A program made the position numbers and the translations under genes. A stretch of DNA of 64,000 nt from Torpedo marmorata (lineage: Eukaryota), in NCBI GenBank assembly GCA_977017645.1, contig OZ360241.1, forward strand, positions 34,100,001 through 34,164,000. Direction: 5' to 3'. This document shows, piece by piece, positions 55,401 through 64,000 of this stretch. The notes under the pieces were generated by a model. It ran no database searches and was not told where the DNA came from. It saw only the letters and a list, made by a program, of their open reading frames with translations. Position 1 is the stretch's first letter. Every line of letters begins with the position of its first letter.

Positions 55401-58400
55401 ATTAATAAATTAAAAATCGGATGCATGCCACATTATTATTTACTTTCCTGCCTCCAAGGGACATTAAAAACTTCCAGCTGAGCATTTTTTTTTCATCAGA
55501 CTCTGCTACTTACTCCAACTTTCTCTTTCAAATACCATACTTTTTATTATTGAATGTTATTTTTAATAGATTGGAAATTTCTAGTTATAATTAAGCTTTT
55601 ATATTTATTTTTGACTTTTAAGTTAACATTTTAAATTTTGGTTTAAGTTAGCGTTTAAATTCACTGGTACCATATCTCCATATCATTTATAAAGTGATCC
55701 AATTATAATAATTAGCATTACTGTAACAGCAAATTTAAATCAGGGCTCATGAAAAATAGAGAACTCCAAATGTGAGAAATCTGAAATAAAAATTGAGCAT
55801 GTTTAAACAGTCAACAGATCAAGTAACACATGTGGAAAGAGAAAAGAAAGATCTTCCACCTAACATGCAATGCGAAAAAGTGCTGGAGAAACACAGCAGG
55901 TCACGCAGAATCCATGTGAAGTAAAGTGTAAACAATGTTTCAGGCCTGGGCCCTTCATCAGGAATCGTTGGTTACCCGTTACTTTCTTTGGATGCTGTGT
56001 GGCCTGCTGAGTTTGCGTTCTGCACTCAATTCCAGCATCCGCAGATTTTCTTGTTTCGCCCCAATCTTCCACCTGAAGCATTTTTCCACAGATGTTGCTG
56101 TGTTTCCAGCATTTTTGGTTTTATTATAAAACATGGCCATATTTGAGAATATAACCAGTGTATCATAATGACATCTTTATTCCCACAATCAGTAATGATC
56201 TATCCACTAAGCCATCTGATTTTGTGCATAAAATTGTCAAATATTTAAGTTTTGAAAACCATCCTTAAATAAAATCAACCACCTAGAAAGTGCATGAATG
56301 TAATTAGTTAAATAATTTTCATTTTAATATCCTCCAGTTTTTCCTATATTTCATAATTATCATAATCACCAATTCTGATGAAGTCTCCTTCACCAGAAGT
56401 GCTGTTTCTCTTCCCTCTGCTGCTGTCTGACCTGCGAACTAAAAGAGTGCAGCATTTTCTGTTTTAGTTTTCCAGGATCTACAGTTTTATGCTCCAAATA
56501 AAATGTTCTTGTTTGGCAGTGCTACAAGCAGTCACAAGACCAAAGTGCATGCAGTCTGTACATTCAACAATACTTCTGCTGCGGAGAATTTGGATAGAGT
56601 AATGGTGTATCATCAGATCAGTAACAAGACAAAGAACATCAGTGTTTTGGGACCCTATACTCTGGACAACAACAGCCTCCATGTAAATGGTACGAAATAC
56701 CTGGTCTTTTTTTGCATTATATCCTGGAAACCATATTGTAACCTCAGATAATATATTAATGTGTTGAATCATTTTTACTCTTATATTTCCAAATGGAATT
56801 CTTGCATTAATCAGTGATCCTTAATTCCCGACTCCGTAACCAGCAAAAACATTTCCTATCCATTCCATGAGTCCTCCTACTGCCTTGATATGGCAATCAA
56901 ATCAAACCTTGACCTTTTTGTTTGTGTAATCTCTATCTATAAACTAACCCCAGAAGTCAGGTTTCATTCCAGTAAAAATGTGTTTTTTCCCAATCAAGGT
57001 GAATATAACCCTGAATATAACTTTTGCAAGGTGTAGTTAGTGTTTTCAAAAATCTCGGCATTGTCCAACCATGGATTTGCACAATAAAGCACAACTTCTA
57101 TCCCCCGTGTTCTAGTTTTCTGCATATAAAAGTATCACTGGCCTTACCTCTTATTATCTGTTCTTGCCCATAACATTTGAAGTAGGCCGAGGTAGATGAA
57201 CAACAAAACAATACTGCTGCAGAGAAGGTGGATGGAGTTACCTTGTACCATCAGTTCAGTAGCAACACAGAGAATATCATGAAATATGGATCTTATATTC
57301 TGAATGAAAGTAGTCTCGACGTAGATAGTACGAAATTTCTTATCATTCTACATATTACAGCAAAGCTTGTTCCAGAATATGTCCAGCAATGTGCCTTTCA
57401 TTAAACTGTGTGCTGATTTGGTAGTGTTACCTTCCAACTGAATCCCCTTGAATTCCACTTCCCCACTGGGAGTGCAGTGCTGCATTATTCGTGTGAAAGA
57501 AAGGGCTAGTGCAGGTTGGGAAACTTGACTTTTACAAGCAAACTGAATTAAAAACTACTGATGCCAGCTGAGAGCAACGTTCAGTATAAGCAAAGTTGCG
57601 AGAGTTTCCAATAAACAAGACTGGTACCCCGTTTACACAGAGATCCCACTTAGTTGCATGTGAACGACCCGTGTTTAAAGCCAGGTCGGGTCGTACACAC
57701 TTAATGAAGGAAAGCTGGGTCAGTGCGACCATTTACTTAGCAACACGGCATCCGGAGCAAAAGGAGGTGGGACCTGCAGCATTACAGCGTCGGTGTCCTG
57801 TGTGATGTATAACGTACGCGCCGGGCAGTGACCTCGTCGCGACCTCGTTACTGCCGTTTTAAGTTTGAATCTCTCGCTGGTATGTCATACACATTCAGCG
57901 TCATCAATGCGTCACAGCCTGCGAAATACATCGGCTCTGATACTACCTACCTTGGCGGGTAATACACGGGATGAAAATGACCTCCCATCCCGCGTTTGCT
58001 GTGTTCACACAGGTAAGTGAAACGGTTAAAAGGCAGTTAATTCCCGTCTTTTAACGGCTGTGTAAAAGGGGTATCGATCTTAAGGAAGAAGTGTCTACAT
58101 TAATTCTGTAAGACTGTTGAACATGTGAGACCAGACTGATTGATCATGGTTCCTAATAAGACTGATTACATTAATCTTGTTCAAACACTGTGAAGTATGG
58201 TGAAAGACTGATTGAGTTAACCCATTGAAAAATTCATCAGACACCTCCTATTGACGAATTCATCAGACACTTCATAAGGAATGTAAAAACAATTAAACCA
58301 GCTTGTCTGCTTTCTACTGTACAATATAAAAATGAACTTGTAACTGCTGAAATTTAGAGTTGGTGGTGGTTTAGGCCACTGCAGGCTCTCCATGATATCA

Positions 58401-61400
58401 TTTTAATAAACTCGAGGAGCGAACCTCGATGTATATGTTTTTGAGTGAATTTGTGCAACAATTCATTTGAGCTTTTTAACATGTGCACAAAGTCTTCTTG
58501 GTTTGATAGAATTAGTGCACCAAATGTAGAAAGTGTTTGACATCAGATTCAGGACAGCTGTAATTAATGGCATAATGCTGTTGTCTTTTCAGATTATCAT
58601 GAATCAACACCTACAACCAGTGAGTATGATTTGTGTTGCTTTCATGTATTAATGCTTCCATACTTTCATTTAAGCAGCACTCCTGATTGATGATGTATGT
58701 TGTTTCCCCTTATAGCTCCATGTGAATTGGATTTTGCTCTCTTGTGTGTCGAACAACCATTCAGTTAGATTATAGTTTGAAAGTGCCAAACAAAGCCGCA
58801 ATGCAACAAGGTTGCTAATTTCATTTTTCTTTTTGGCAGAAGTACCAAATAAAAGTGAATCTCCTGAATTTAATGTGACCTTCACTATAACAAACTTGCC
58901 CTACATGGAGTCACTTCAGAACCCGGCGACACCCTTGTTCCAATCAACTTCACAAACAATTACTGAACAGGTAAATAAATGATCAAAGCAATATTCATTA
59001 AAATTAATCGTCATTTAATATATTCAGCTCATTGACATTCTCAAAATATCTTTCTTTCAGCTCACTAACCTACTTAATAACAGCGATATAAATACAACTT
59101 TTATAGACTGCAACACAATCTCCTTCAGGTGAGAAATATGCATTATCTTCCTCATTGTTCAATTAACTAATCTATCCAATAAGCGTCAGGATGGAGGGAT
59201 CCATCATGTGTTCGGTTCTGAAACGTTGACTGACCACATCTCTCCATGGATGCTGCCTGACCCACGGAGTCCCTCCAGCTCCTCTTTGTTCACTCAAGAT
59301 TCCAGCATCTGCAGTGTTTGTGCATCTCTTCATCGGGAATCTCATCCTTGTCTCGGTGTTTCCTTCTGTACAATTATTTTGTTTCATTTCATTTACTTTC
59401 TCCAATGTGTTTGACCTGACTTCACTGAAATTTCACTCCTCTCTTAAATGGTTGATTGCTTCAGAATTAATTATCATTTCTGGATTTACTTTCCAATCTT
59501 TAATATAACTTTAAAATATTTCTCCATCTGCTTCCTTTACATATTTCCAAAAGTTCCTACATTAACAATTTTCATTAATAAATTCAAAATCGGATGCATG
59601 CCACATTAATATTTACTTTCCTGCCTCCAAGGGACATTAAAAACTTCCAGCTAAGCATTTTTTTTTCATCAGACTCTGCTACTTACTCCAACTTTCTCTT
59701 TCAAATACCATACTTTTTATTATTGAATGTTATTTTTAATAGATTGGAAATTTCTAGTTATAATTAAGCTTTTATATTTATTTTTGACTTTTAAGTTAAC
59801 ATTTTAAATTTTGGTTTAAGTTAGCGTTTAAATTCACTGGTACCATATCTCCATATCATTTATAAAGTGATCCAATTATAATAATTAGCATTACTGTAAC
59901 AGCAAATTTAAATCAGGGCTCATGAAAAATAGAGAACTCCAAATGTGATAAATCTGAAATAAAAATTGAGCATGTTTAAACAGTCAACAGATCAAGTAAC
60001 ACATGTGGAAAGAGAAAAGAAAGATCTTCCACCTAACATGCAATGCGAAAAAGTGCTGGAGAAACACAGCAGGTCACGCAGAATCCATGTGAAGTAAAGT
60101 GTAAACAATGTTTCAGGCCTGGGCCCTTCATCAGGAATCGTTGGTTACCCGTTACTTTCTTTGGATGCTGTGTGGCCTGCTGAGTTTGCGTTCTGCACTC
60201 AATTCCAGCATCCGCAGATTTTCTTGTTTCGCCCCAATCTTCCACCTGAAGCATTTTTCCACAGATGTTGCTGTGTTTCCAGCATTTTTGGTTTTATTAT
60301 AAAACATGGCCATATTTGAGAATATAACCAGTGTATCATAATGACATCTTTATTCCCACAATCAGTAATGATCTATCCACTAAGCCATCAGATTTTGTGC
60401 ATAAAATTGTCAAATATTTAAGTTATGAAAACCTTCCTTAAATAAAATCAACCACCTAGAAAGTGCATAAATGTAATTAGTTAAATAATTTTCATTTTAA
60501 TATCCTCCAGTTTTTCCTCTATTTCATAATTATCATAATCACCAATTCTGATGAAGTCTCCTTCACCAGAAGTGCTGTTTCTCTTCCCTGTGCTGCTGTC
60601 TGACCTGCGAACTAAAAGAGTGCAGCATTTTCTGTTTTAGTTTTCCAGGATCTACAGTTTTATGCTCCAAATAAAATGTTCTTGTTTGGCAGTGCTACAA
60701 GCAGTCACAAGACCAAAGTGCATGCAGTCTGTACATTCAACAATACTTCTGCTGCGGAGAATGTGGATAGAGTAATGGTGTATCATCAGATCAGTAACAA
60801 GACAAAGAACATCAGTGTTTTGGGACCCTATACTCTGGACAACAACAGCCTCCATGTAAATGGTACGAAATACCTGGTCTTTTTTTGCATTATATCCTGG
60901 AAACCATATTGTAACCTCAGATAATATATTAATGTGTTGAATCATTTTTACTCTTATATTTCCAAATGGAATTCTTGCATTAATCAGTGATCCTTAATTC
61001 CAGACTCCGTAACCAGCAAAAACATTTCCTATCCATTCCATGAGTCCTCCTACTGCCTTGATATGGCAATCAAATCAAACCTTGACCTTTTTGTTTGTGT
61101 AATCTCTATCTATAAACTAACCCCAGAAGTCAGGTTTCATTCCAGTAAAAATGTGTTTTTTCCCAATCAAGGTGAATATAACCCTGAATATAACTTTTGC
61201 AAGGTGTAGTTAGTGTTTTCAAAAATCTCGGCATTGTCCAACCATGGATTTGCACAATAAAGCACAACTTCTATCCCCTGTGTTCTAGTTTTCTGCATAT
61301 AAAAGTATCACTGGCCTTACCTCTTATTATCTGTTCTTGCCCATAACATTTGAAGTAGGCCGAGGTAGATGAACAACAAAACAATACTGCTGCAGAGAAG

Positions 61401-63301
61401 GTGGATGGAGTTACCTTGTACCATCAGTTCAGTAGCAACACAGAGAATATCATGAAATATGGATCTTATATTCTGAATGAAAATAGTCTCGACGTAGATA
61501 GTACGAAATTTCTTATCATTCTACATATTACAGCAAAGCTTGTTCCAGAATATGTCCAGCAATGTGCCTTTCATTAAACTGTGTGCTGATTTGGTAGTGT
61601 TACCTTCCAACTGAATCCCCTTGAATTCCACTTCCCCACTGGGAGTGCAGTGCTGCATTATTCGTGTGAAAGAAAGGGCTAGTGCAGGTTGGGAAACTTG
61701 ACTTTTACAAGCAAACTGAATTAAAAACTACTGATGCCAGCTGAGAGCAACGTTCAGTATAAGCAAAGTTGCGAGAGTTTCCAATAAACAAGACTGGTAC
61801 CCCGTTTACACAGAGATCCCACTTAGTTGCATGTGAACGACCCGTGTTTAAAGCCAGGTCGGGTCGTACACACTTAATGAAGGAAAGCTGGGTCAGTGCG
61901 ACCATTTACTTAGCAACACGGCATCCGGAGCAAAAGGAGGTGGGACCTGCAGCATTACAGCGTCGGTGTCCTGTGTGATGTATAACGTACGCGCCGGGCA
62001 GTGACCTCGTCGCGACCTCGTTACTGCCGTTTTAAGTTTGAATCTCTCGCTGGTATGTCATACACATTCAGCGTCATCAATGCGTCACAGCCTGCGAAAT
62101 ACATCGGCTCTGATACTACCTACCTTGGCGGGTAATACACGGGATGAAAATGACCTCCCATCCCGCGTTTGCTGTGTTCACACAGGTAAGTGAAACGGTT
62201 AAAAGGCAGTTAATTCCCGTCTTTTAACGGCTGTGTAAAAGGGGTATCGATCTTAAGGAAGAAGTGTCTACATTAATTCTGTAAGACTGTTGAACATGTG
62301 AGACCAGACTGATTGATCATGGTTCCTAATAAGACTGATTACATTAATCTTGTTCAAACACTGTGAAGTATGGTGAAAGACTGATTGAGTTAACCCATTG
62401 AAAAATTCATCAGACACCTCCTATTGACGAATTCATCAGACACTTCATAAGGAATGTAAAAACAATTAAACCAGCTTGTCTGCTTTCTACTGTACAATAT
62501 AAAAATGAACTTGTAACTGCTGAAATTTAGAGTTGGTGGTGGTTTAGGCCACTGCAGGCTCTCCATGATATCATTTTAATAAACTCGAGGAGCGAACCTC
62601 GATGTATATGTTTTTGAGTGAATTTGTGCAACAATTCATTTGAGCTTTTTAACATGTGCACAAAGTCTTCTTGGTTTGATAGAATTAGTGCACCAAATGT
62701 AGAAAGTGTTTGACATCAGATTCAGGACAGCTGTAATTAATGGCATAATGCTGTTGTCTTTTCAGATTATCATGAATCAACACCTACAACCAGTGAGTAT
62801 GATTTGTGTTGCTTTCATGTATTAATGCTTCCATACTTTCATTTAAGCAGCACTCCTGATTGATGATGTATGTTGTTTCCCCTTATAGCTCCATGTGAAT
62901 TGGATTTTGCTCTCTTGTGTGTCGAACAACCATTCAGTTAGATTATAGTTTGAAAGTGCCAAACAAAGCCGCAATGCAACAAGGTTGCTAATTTCATTTT
63001 TCTTTTTGGCAGAAGTACCAAATAAAAGTGAATCTCCTGAATTTAATGTGACCTTCACTATAACAAACTTGCCCTACATGGAGTCACTTCAGAACCCGGC
63101 GACACCCTTGTTCCAATCAACTTCACAAACAATTACTGAACAGGTAAATAAATGATCAAAGCAATATTCATTAAAATTAATCGTCATTTAATATATTCAG
63201 CTCATTGACATTCTCAAAATATCTTTCTTTCAGCTCACTAACCTACTTAATAACAGCGATATAAATACAACTTTTATAGACTGCAACACAATCTCCTTCA
63301 G
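1382..63301 (+). CDS. MUC16: Internal part of a large spliced MUC16-like (CA125-type) tandem SEA-domain mucin; at least 17 SEA modules in the window, open at both ends
   Basis: Exons with GT-AG ends and compatible phases (1-1, 1-0, 0-2, 2-1) join without stops. Motifs FNVTFTITNLPY, a Cys pair, and LGPYTLDNNSLHVN resemble the MUC16 repeat motifs FTLNFTITNL, C..C and LGPYTLDRNSLYVNG. The family call is strong; orthology to MUC16 is not proven. Confidence 0.8.
2104..2219 (+). CDS. Divergent SEA module 0, exon B (VPTEKPRAINHNVTFTVKKPKFEEIQTNSPKEAFRILAE)
   Basis: tatttccacag| ... GCTGAG|gtgagg; 116 nt, phase 1-0; NVTFT motif shared with array exon B. Confidence 0.85.
2317..2384 (+). CDS. Divergent SEA module 0, exon C (LTDLFKNSNINETFLQCDLHSI-R)
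   Basis: cccacag|CTCACT...ATCAG|gtaatt; 68 nt, same size and phase (0-2) as array exon C; LFKN and first Cys as in MUC16 SEA. Confidence 0.88.
2664..2833 (+). CDS. Divergent SEA module 0, exon D (SAVGDSTRVTANCSFNN...LGTYELLGYSLYVD)
   Basis: ttctgcag|G...GTTGATG|gtactt; 170 nt, same size and phase (2-1) as array exon D; second Cys and LGxYxL..SLYV motif. Confidence 0.88.
3855..3875 (+). CDS. 21-nt microexon (GYGMAPI) after SEA module 0
   Basis: Strong acceptor ctttccttcttttccag and consensus donor G|gtgagt; phase 1-1; completes the SLYVD-GY motif. Confidence 0.7.
4010..4268 (+). repeat. Probable LINE/SINE 3'-end remnant
   Basis: Ends in gtgacaataaa followed by a caatt/caattc microsatellite-like tail; internal duplication of tttgttttattgtatca; family not identified. 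Confidence 0.4.
5146..5386. mobile_element. 241-bp fold-back (inverted-repeat) element with 13-bp flanking direct repeat, probably Penelope-like-derived
   Basis: agttttgtaacaa duplicated at 5133-5145 and 5387-5399; arms agtaaaaacacaaaatgctggagaggtcagcaggtcaaaca / tgtttgacctgctgagcttctccagctttttgtgtttttact; the homologous site in units 2-16 is empty. Confidence 0.75.
5510..7785 (+). CDS. SEA repeat unit 1: join(5510..5536,5757..5887,5984..6051,7616..7785), 132 aa
   Basis: GT-AG exons of 27/131/68/170 nt in frame; five amino-acid differences from the array consensus in exons B and C. Confidence 0.88.
6135..6260. mobile_element. Degenerate half copy of the same fold-back family, present in every unit
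   Basis: cctgaaacgttgactg...ggatgctgcctgacc...cctccagc...gattccagca.ctgcag resembles the right arm of 6968-7152. Confidence 0.45.
6968..7152. mobile_element. Fold-back element of the same family, in the C-D intron of every complete unit, with a hammerhead-like core on the minus strand
   Basis: Arms cagcaggtcacgcagaatcca / tggatgctgtgtggcctgctg; shares the gctggaga..cagcaggtc motif with 5146-5386; minus strand 7057-7033 reads CTGATGA-AGG-gcccagg-CCT-GAAAC. Confidence 0.6.
8304..8424 (+). pseudogene. Fossil, diverged 3' part of a SEA exon D (pseudo-exon D'), present in all 15 complete units
   Basis: Open frame NNTAAEKVDGVTLYHQFSSNTENIMKYGSYILNENSLDVD aligns to exon D NNTSAAENVDRVMVYHQISNKTKNISVLGPYTLDNNSLHVN and is followed by the same gtacgaaat donor context; the 5' Cys-containing part is missing. 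Confidence 0.8.
8722..9170. mobile_element. About 450-bp non-autonomous DNA transposon (MITE, possibly PIF/Harbinger-like); intact also at 12895-13343, 57625-58073 and 61798-62246
   Basis: Terminal inverted repeats taccccgtttacacag / ctgtgtaaaaggggta (15/16 match); interior is CpG-rich unlike the surrounding intron; no coding capacity. Superfamily is a guess and the TSD is not resolved. Confidence 0.7.
9690..11959 (+). CDS. SEA repeat unit 2: join(9690..9716,9937..10067,10158..10225,11790..11959)
   Basis: Consensus repeat DYHESTPTT KVPNKSESPEFNVTFTITNLPYMESLQNPATPLFQSTSQTITEQ LTNLLNNSDINTTFIDCNTISF SATSSHKTKVHAVCTFNNTSAAENVDRVMVYHQISNKTKNISVLGPYTLDNNSLHVN; splice sites intact. Confidence 0.9.
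13863..16132 (+). CDS. SEA repeat unit 3: join(13863..13889,14110..14240,14331..14398,15963..16132)
   Basis: Same four exons and splice sites as unit 2. Confidence 0.9.
17504..20291 (+). CDS. SEA repeat unit 4: join(17504..17530,17751..17881,17968..18035,20122..20291)
   Basis: Same exons; ENLDR variant; L1 insertion in the C-D intron. Confidence 0.9.
18645..19150 (-). mobile_element. 5'-truncated L1-clade LINE (ORF2 C-terminus + 3'UTR + A-rich tail), private to unit 4
   Basis: 506-bp insert absent from the other units; 16-bp TSD attgaatgttattttt at 18629-18644 and 19151-19166; minus-strand peptide LVTWKS..W..EM..CIPLEKITY..F..IWRPF* is typical of non-mammalian vertebrate L1 ORF2 ends; AATAAA and A-run on the minus strand. 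Confidence 0.88.
21663..23932 (+). CDS. SEA repeat unit 5: join(21663..21689,21910..22040,22131..22198,23763..23932)
   Basis: Same four exons and splice sites as unit 2. Confidence 0.9.
25303..27572 (+). CDS. SEA repeat unit 6: join(25303..25329,25550..25680,25771..25838,27403..27572)
   Basis: Same four exons and splice sites as unit 2. Confidence 0.9.
28943..31212 (+). CDS. SEA repeat unit 7: join(28943..28969,29190..29320,29411..29478,31043..31212)
   Basis: Same four exons and splice sites as unit 2. Confidence 0.9.
32583..34852 (+). CDS. SEA repeat unit 8: join(32583..32609,32830..32960,33051..33118,34683..34852)
   Basis: Same four exons and splice sites as unit 2. Confidence 0.9.
36223..38492 (+). 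CDS. SEA repeat unit 9: join(36223..36249,36470..36600,36691..36758,38323..38492)
   Basis: Same exons; ENLDR variant. Confidence 0.9.
39864..42133 (+). CDS. SEA repeat unit 10: join(39864..39890,40111..40241,40332..40399,41964..42133)
   Basis: Same four exons and splice sites as unit 2. Confidence 0.9.
43504..45773 (+). CDS. SEA repeat unit 11: join(43504..43530,43751..43881,43972..44039,45604..45773)
   Basis: Same four exons and splice sites as unit 2. Confidence 0.9.
47391..49409 (+). CDS. SEA repeat unit 12: join(47391..47521,47608..47675,49240..49409); exon A (47144..47170) has lost its AG acceptor
   Basis: Exons B-D intact; exon A acceptor reads ttttcac instead of ttttcag (position 47143). 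Confidence 0.85.
50780..53049 (+). CDS. SEA repeat unit 13: join(50780..50806,51027..51157,51248..51315,52880..53049)
   Basis: Same four exons and splice sites as unit 2. Confidence 0.9.
54420..56689 (+). CDS. SEA repeat unit 14: join(54420..54446,54667..54797,54888..54955,56520..56689)
   Basis: Same exons; ENLDR variant. Confidence 0.9.
58593..60862 (+). CDS. SEA repeat unit 15: join(58593..58619,58840..58970,59061..59128,60693..60862)
   Basis: Same four exons and splice sites as unit 2. Confidence 0.9.
62766..63301 (+). CDS. SEA repeat unit 16 (partial): join(62766..62792,63013..63143,63234..63301); exon D lies beyond the window
   Basis: Exons A-C identical in size and splice sites to unit 2. 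Confidence 0.88.
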
Positions 63302-64000
63302 GTGAGAAATATGCATTATCTTCCTCATTGTTCAATTAACTAATCTATCCAATAAGCGTCAGGATGGAGGGATCCATCATGTGTTCGGTTCTGAAACGTT
63401 GACTGACCACATCTCTCCATGGATGCTGCCTGACCCACGGAGTCCCTCCAGCTCCTCTTTGTTCACTCAAGATTCCAGCATCTGCAGTGTTTGTGCATCT
63501 CTTCATCGGGAATCTCATCCTTGTCTCAGTGTTTCCTTCTGTACAATTATTTTGTTTCATTTCATTTACTTTCTCCAATGTGTTTGACCTGACTTCACTG
63601 AAATTTCACTCCTCTCTTAAATGGTTGATTGCTTCAGAATTAATTATCATTTCTGGATTTACTTTCCAATCTTTAATATAACTTTAAAATATTTCTCCAT
63701 CTGCTTCCTTTACATATTTCCAAAAGTTCCTACATTAACAATTTTCATTAATAAATTCAAAATCGGATGCATGCCACATTAATATTTACTTTCCTGCCTC
63801 CAAGGGACATTAAAAACTTCCAGCTAAGCATTTTTTTTTCATCAGACTCTGCTACTTACTCCAACTTTCTCTTTCAAATACCATACTTTTTATTATTGAA
63901 TGTTATTTTTAATAGATTGGAAATTTCTAGTTATAATTAAGCTTTTATATTTATTTTTGACTTTTAAGTTAACATTTTAAATTTTGGTTTAAGTTAGCGT

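Larger units (their letters stand above)
4790..64000 (+). repeat. Intragenic tandem array of 16 exon+intron units (3.64 kb short and 4.17 kb long forms), running off the window end
   Basis: Exon-A to exon-A periods: 4180, 4173, 3641, 4159, 3640, 3640, 3640, 3640, 3641, 3640, 3640, 3636, 3640, 4173, 4173. The same ORF set recurs at each period; only scattered SNVs separate copies. Confidence 0.98.

Noticed and set aside
5587-63681. Recurring 60-97 aa ORFs of the ORF track (MIQHINILS.., MFQAWALHQ.., MFGSETLTD.., MREFPINKT.., MESLQWPKP..) as independent genes
   Set aside because: They are intronic, antisense to exons or inside repeats, recur only because the DNA is duplicated, and gain or lose stops between units. 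The + strand MFLFGSATSS and MLISFFFLAEV ORFs are exons D and B read through their splice sites.
4790-64000. CRISPR array, rDNA/5S or histone-type tandem gene cluster
   Set aside because: No short repeat with unique spacers and no rRNA, tRNA or histone similarity seen. Units lack their own start, stop or promoter and join in frame as exons of one gene.

Overview
Eukaryotic (vertebrate) genomic DNA. The interspersed repeats suggest a cartilaginous fish, which is inference only. The whole window lies inside one large + strand spliced gene encoding a MUC16/CA125-type multi-SEA-domain mucin; neither its start nor its end is visible. One divergent SEA module (exons 1382-3875) is followed from about 4.8 kb to the window end by a tandem array of 16 near-identical genomic units (15 complete, the 16th truncated). 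Periods are 3636-3641 bp (short) or 4159-4180 bp (long). Each unit has four GT-AG exons (27+131+68+170 = 396 nt) that splice in frame to a 132-aa SEA repeat with a Cys-loop pair and 9 N-glycosylation sequons. Introns are homogenised together with exons. Copy-specific marks record the array history: a 533-bp deletion in the central 11 units, a private 5'-truncated L1 with a 16-bp TSD in unit 4, a broken splice acceptor plus a conversion-like tract in unit 12, a V>L variant in units 4/9/14, and a fossil SEA half-exon in every complete unit. Nearly all ORF-track entries are intronic noise or exon read-through. All coordinates and comparisons were made by eye.
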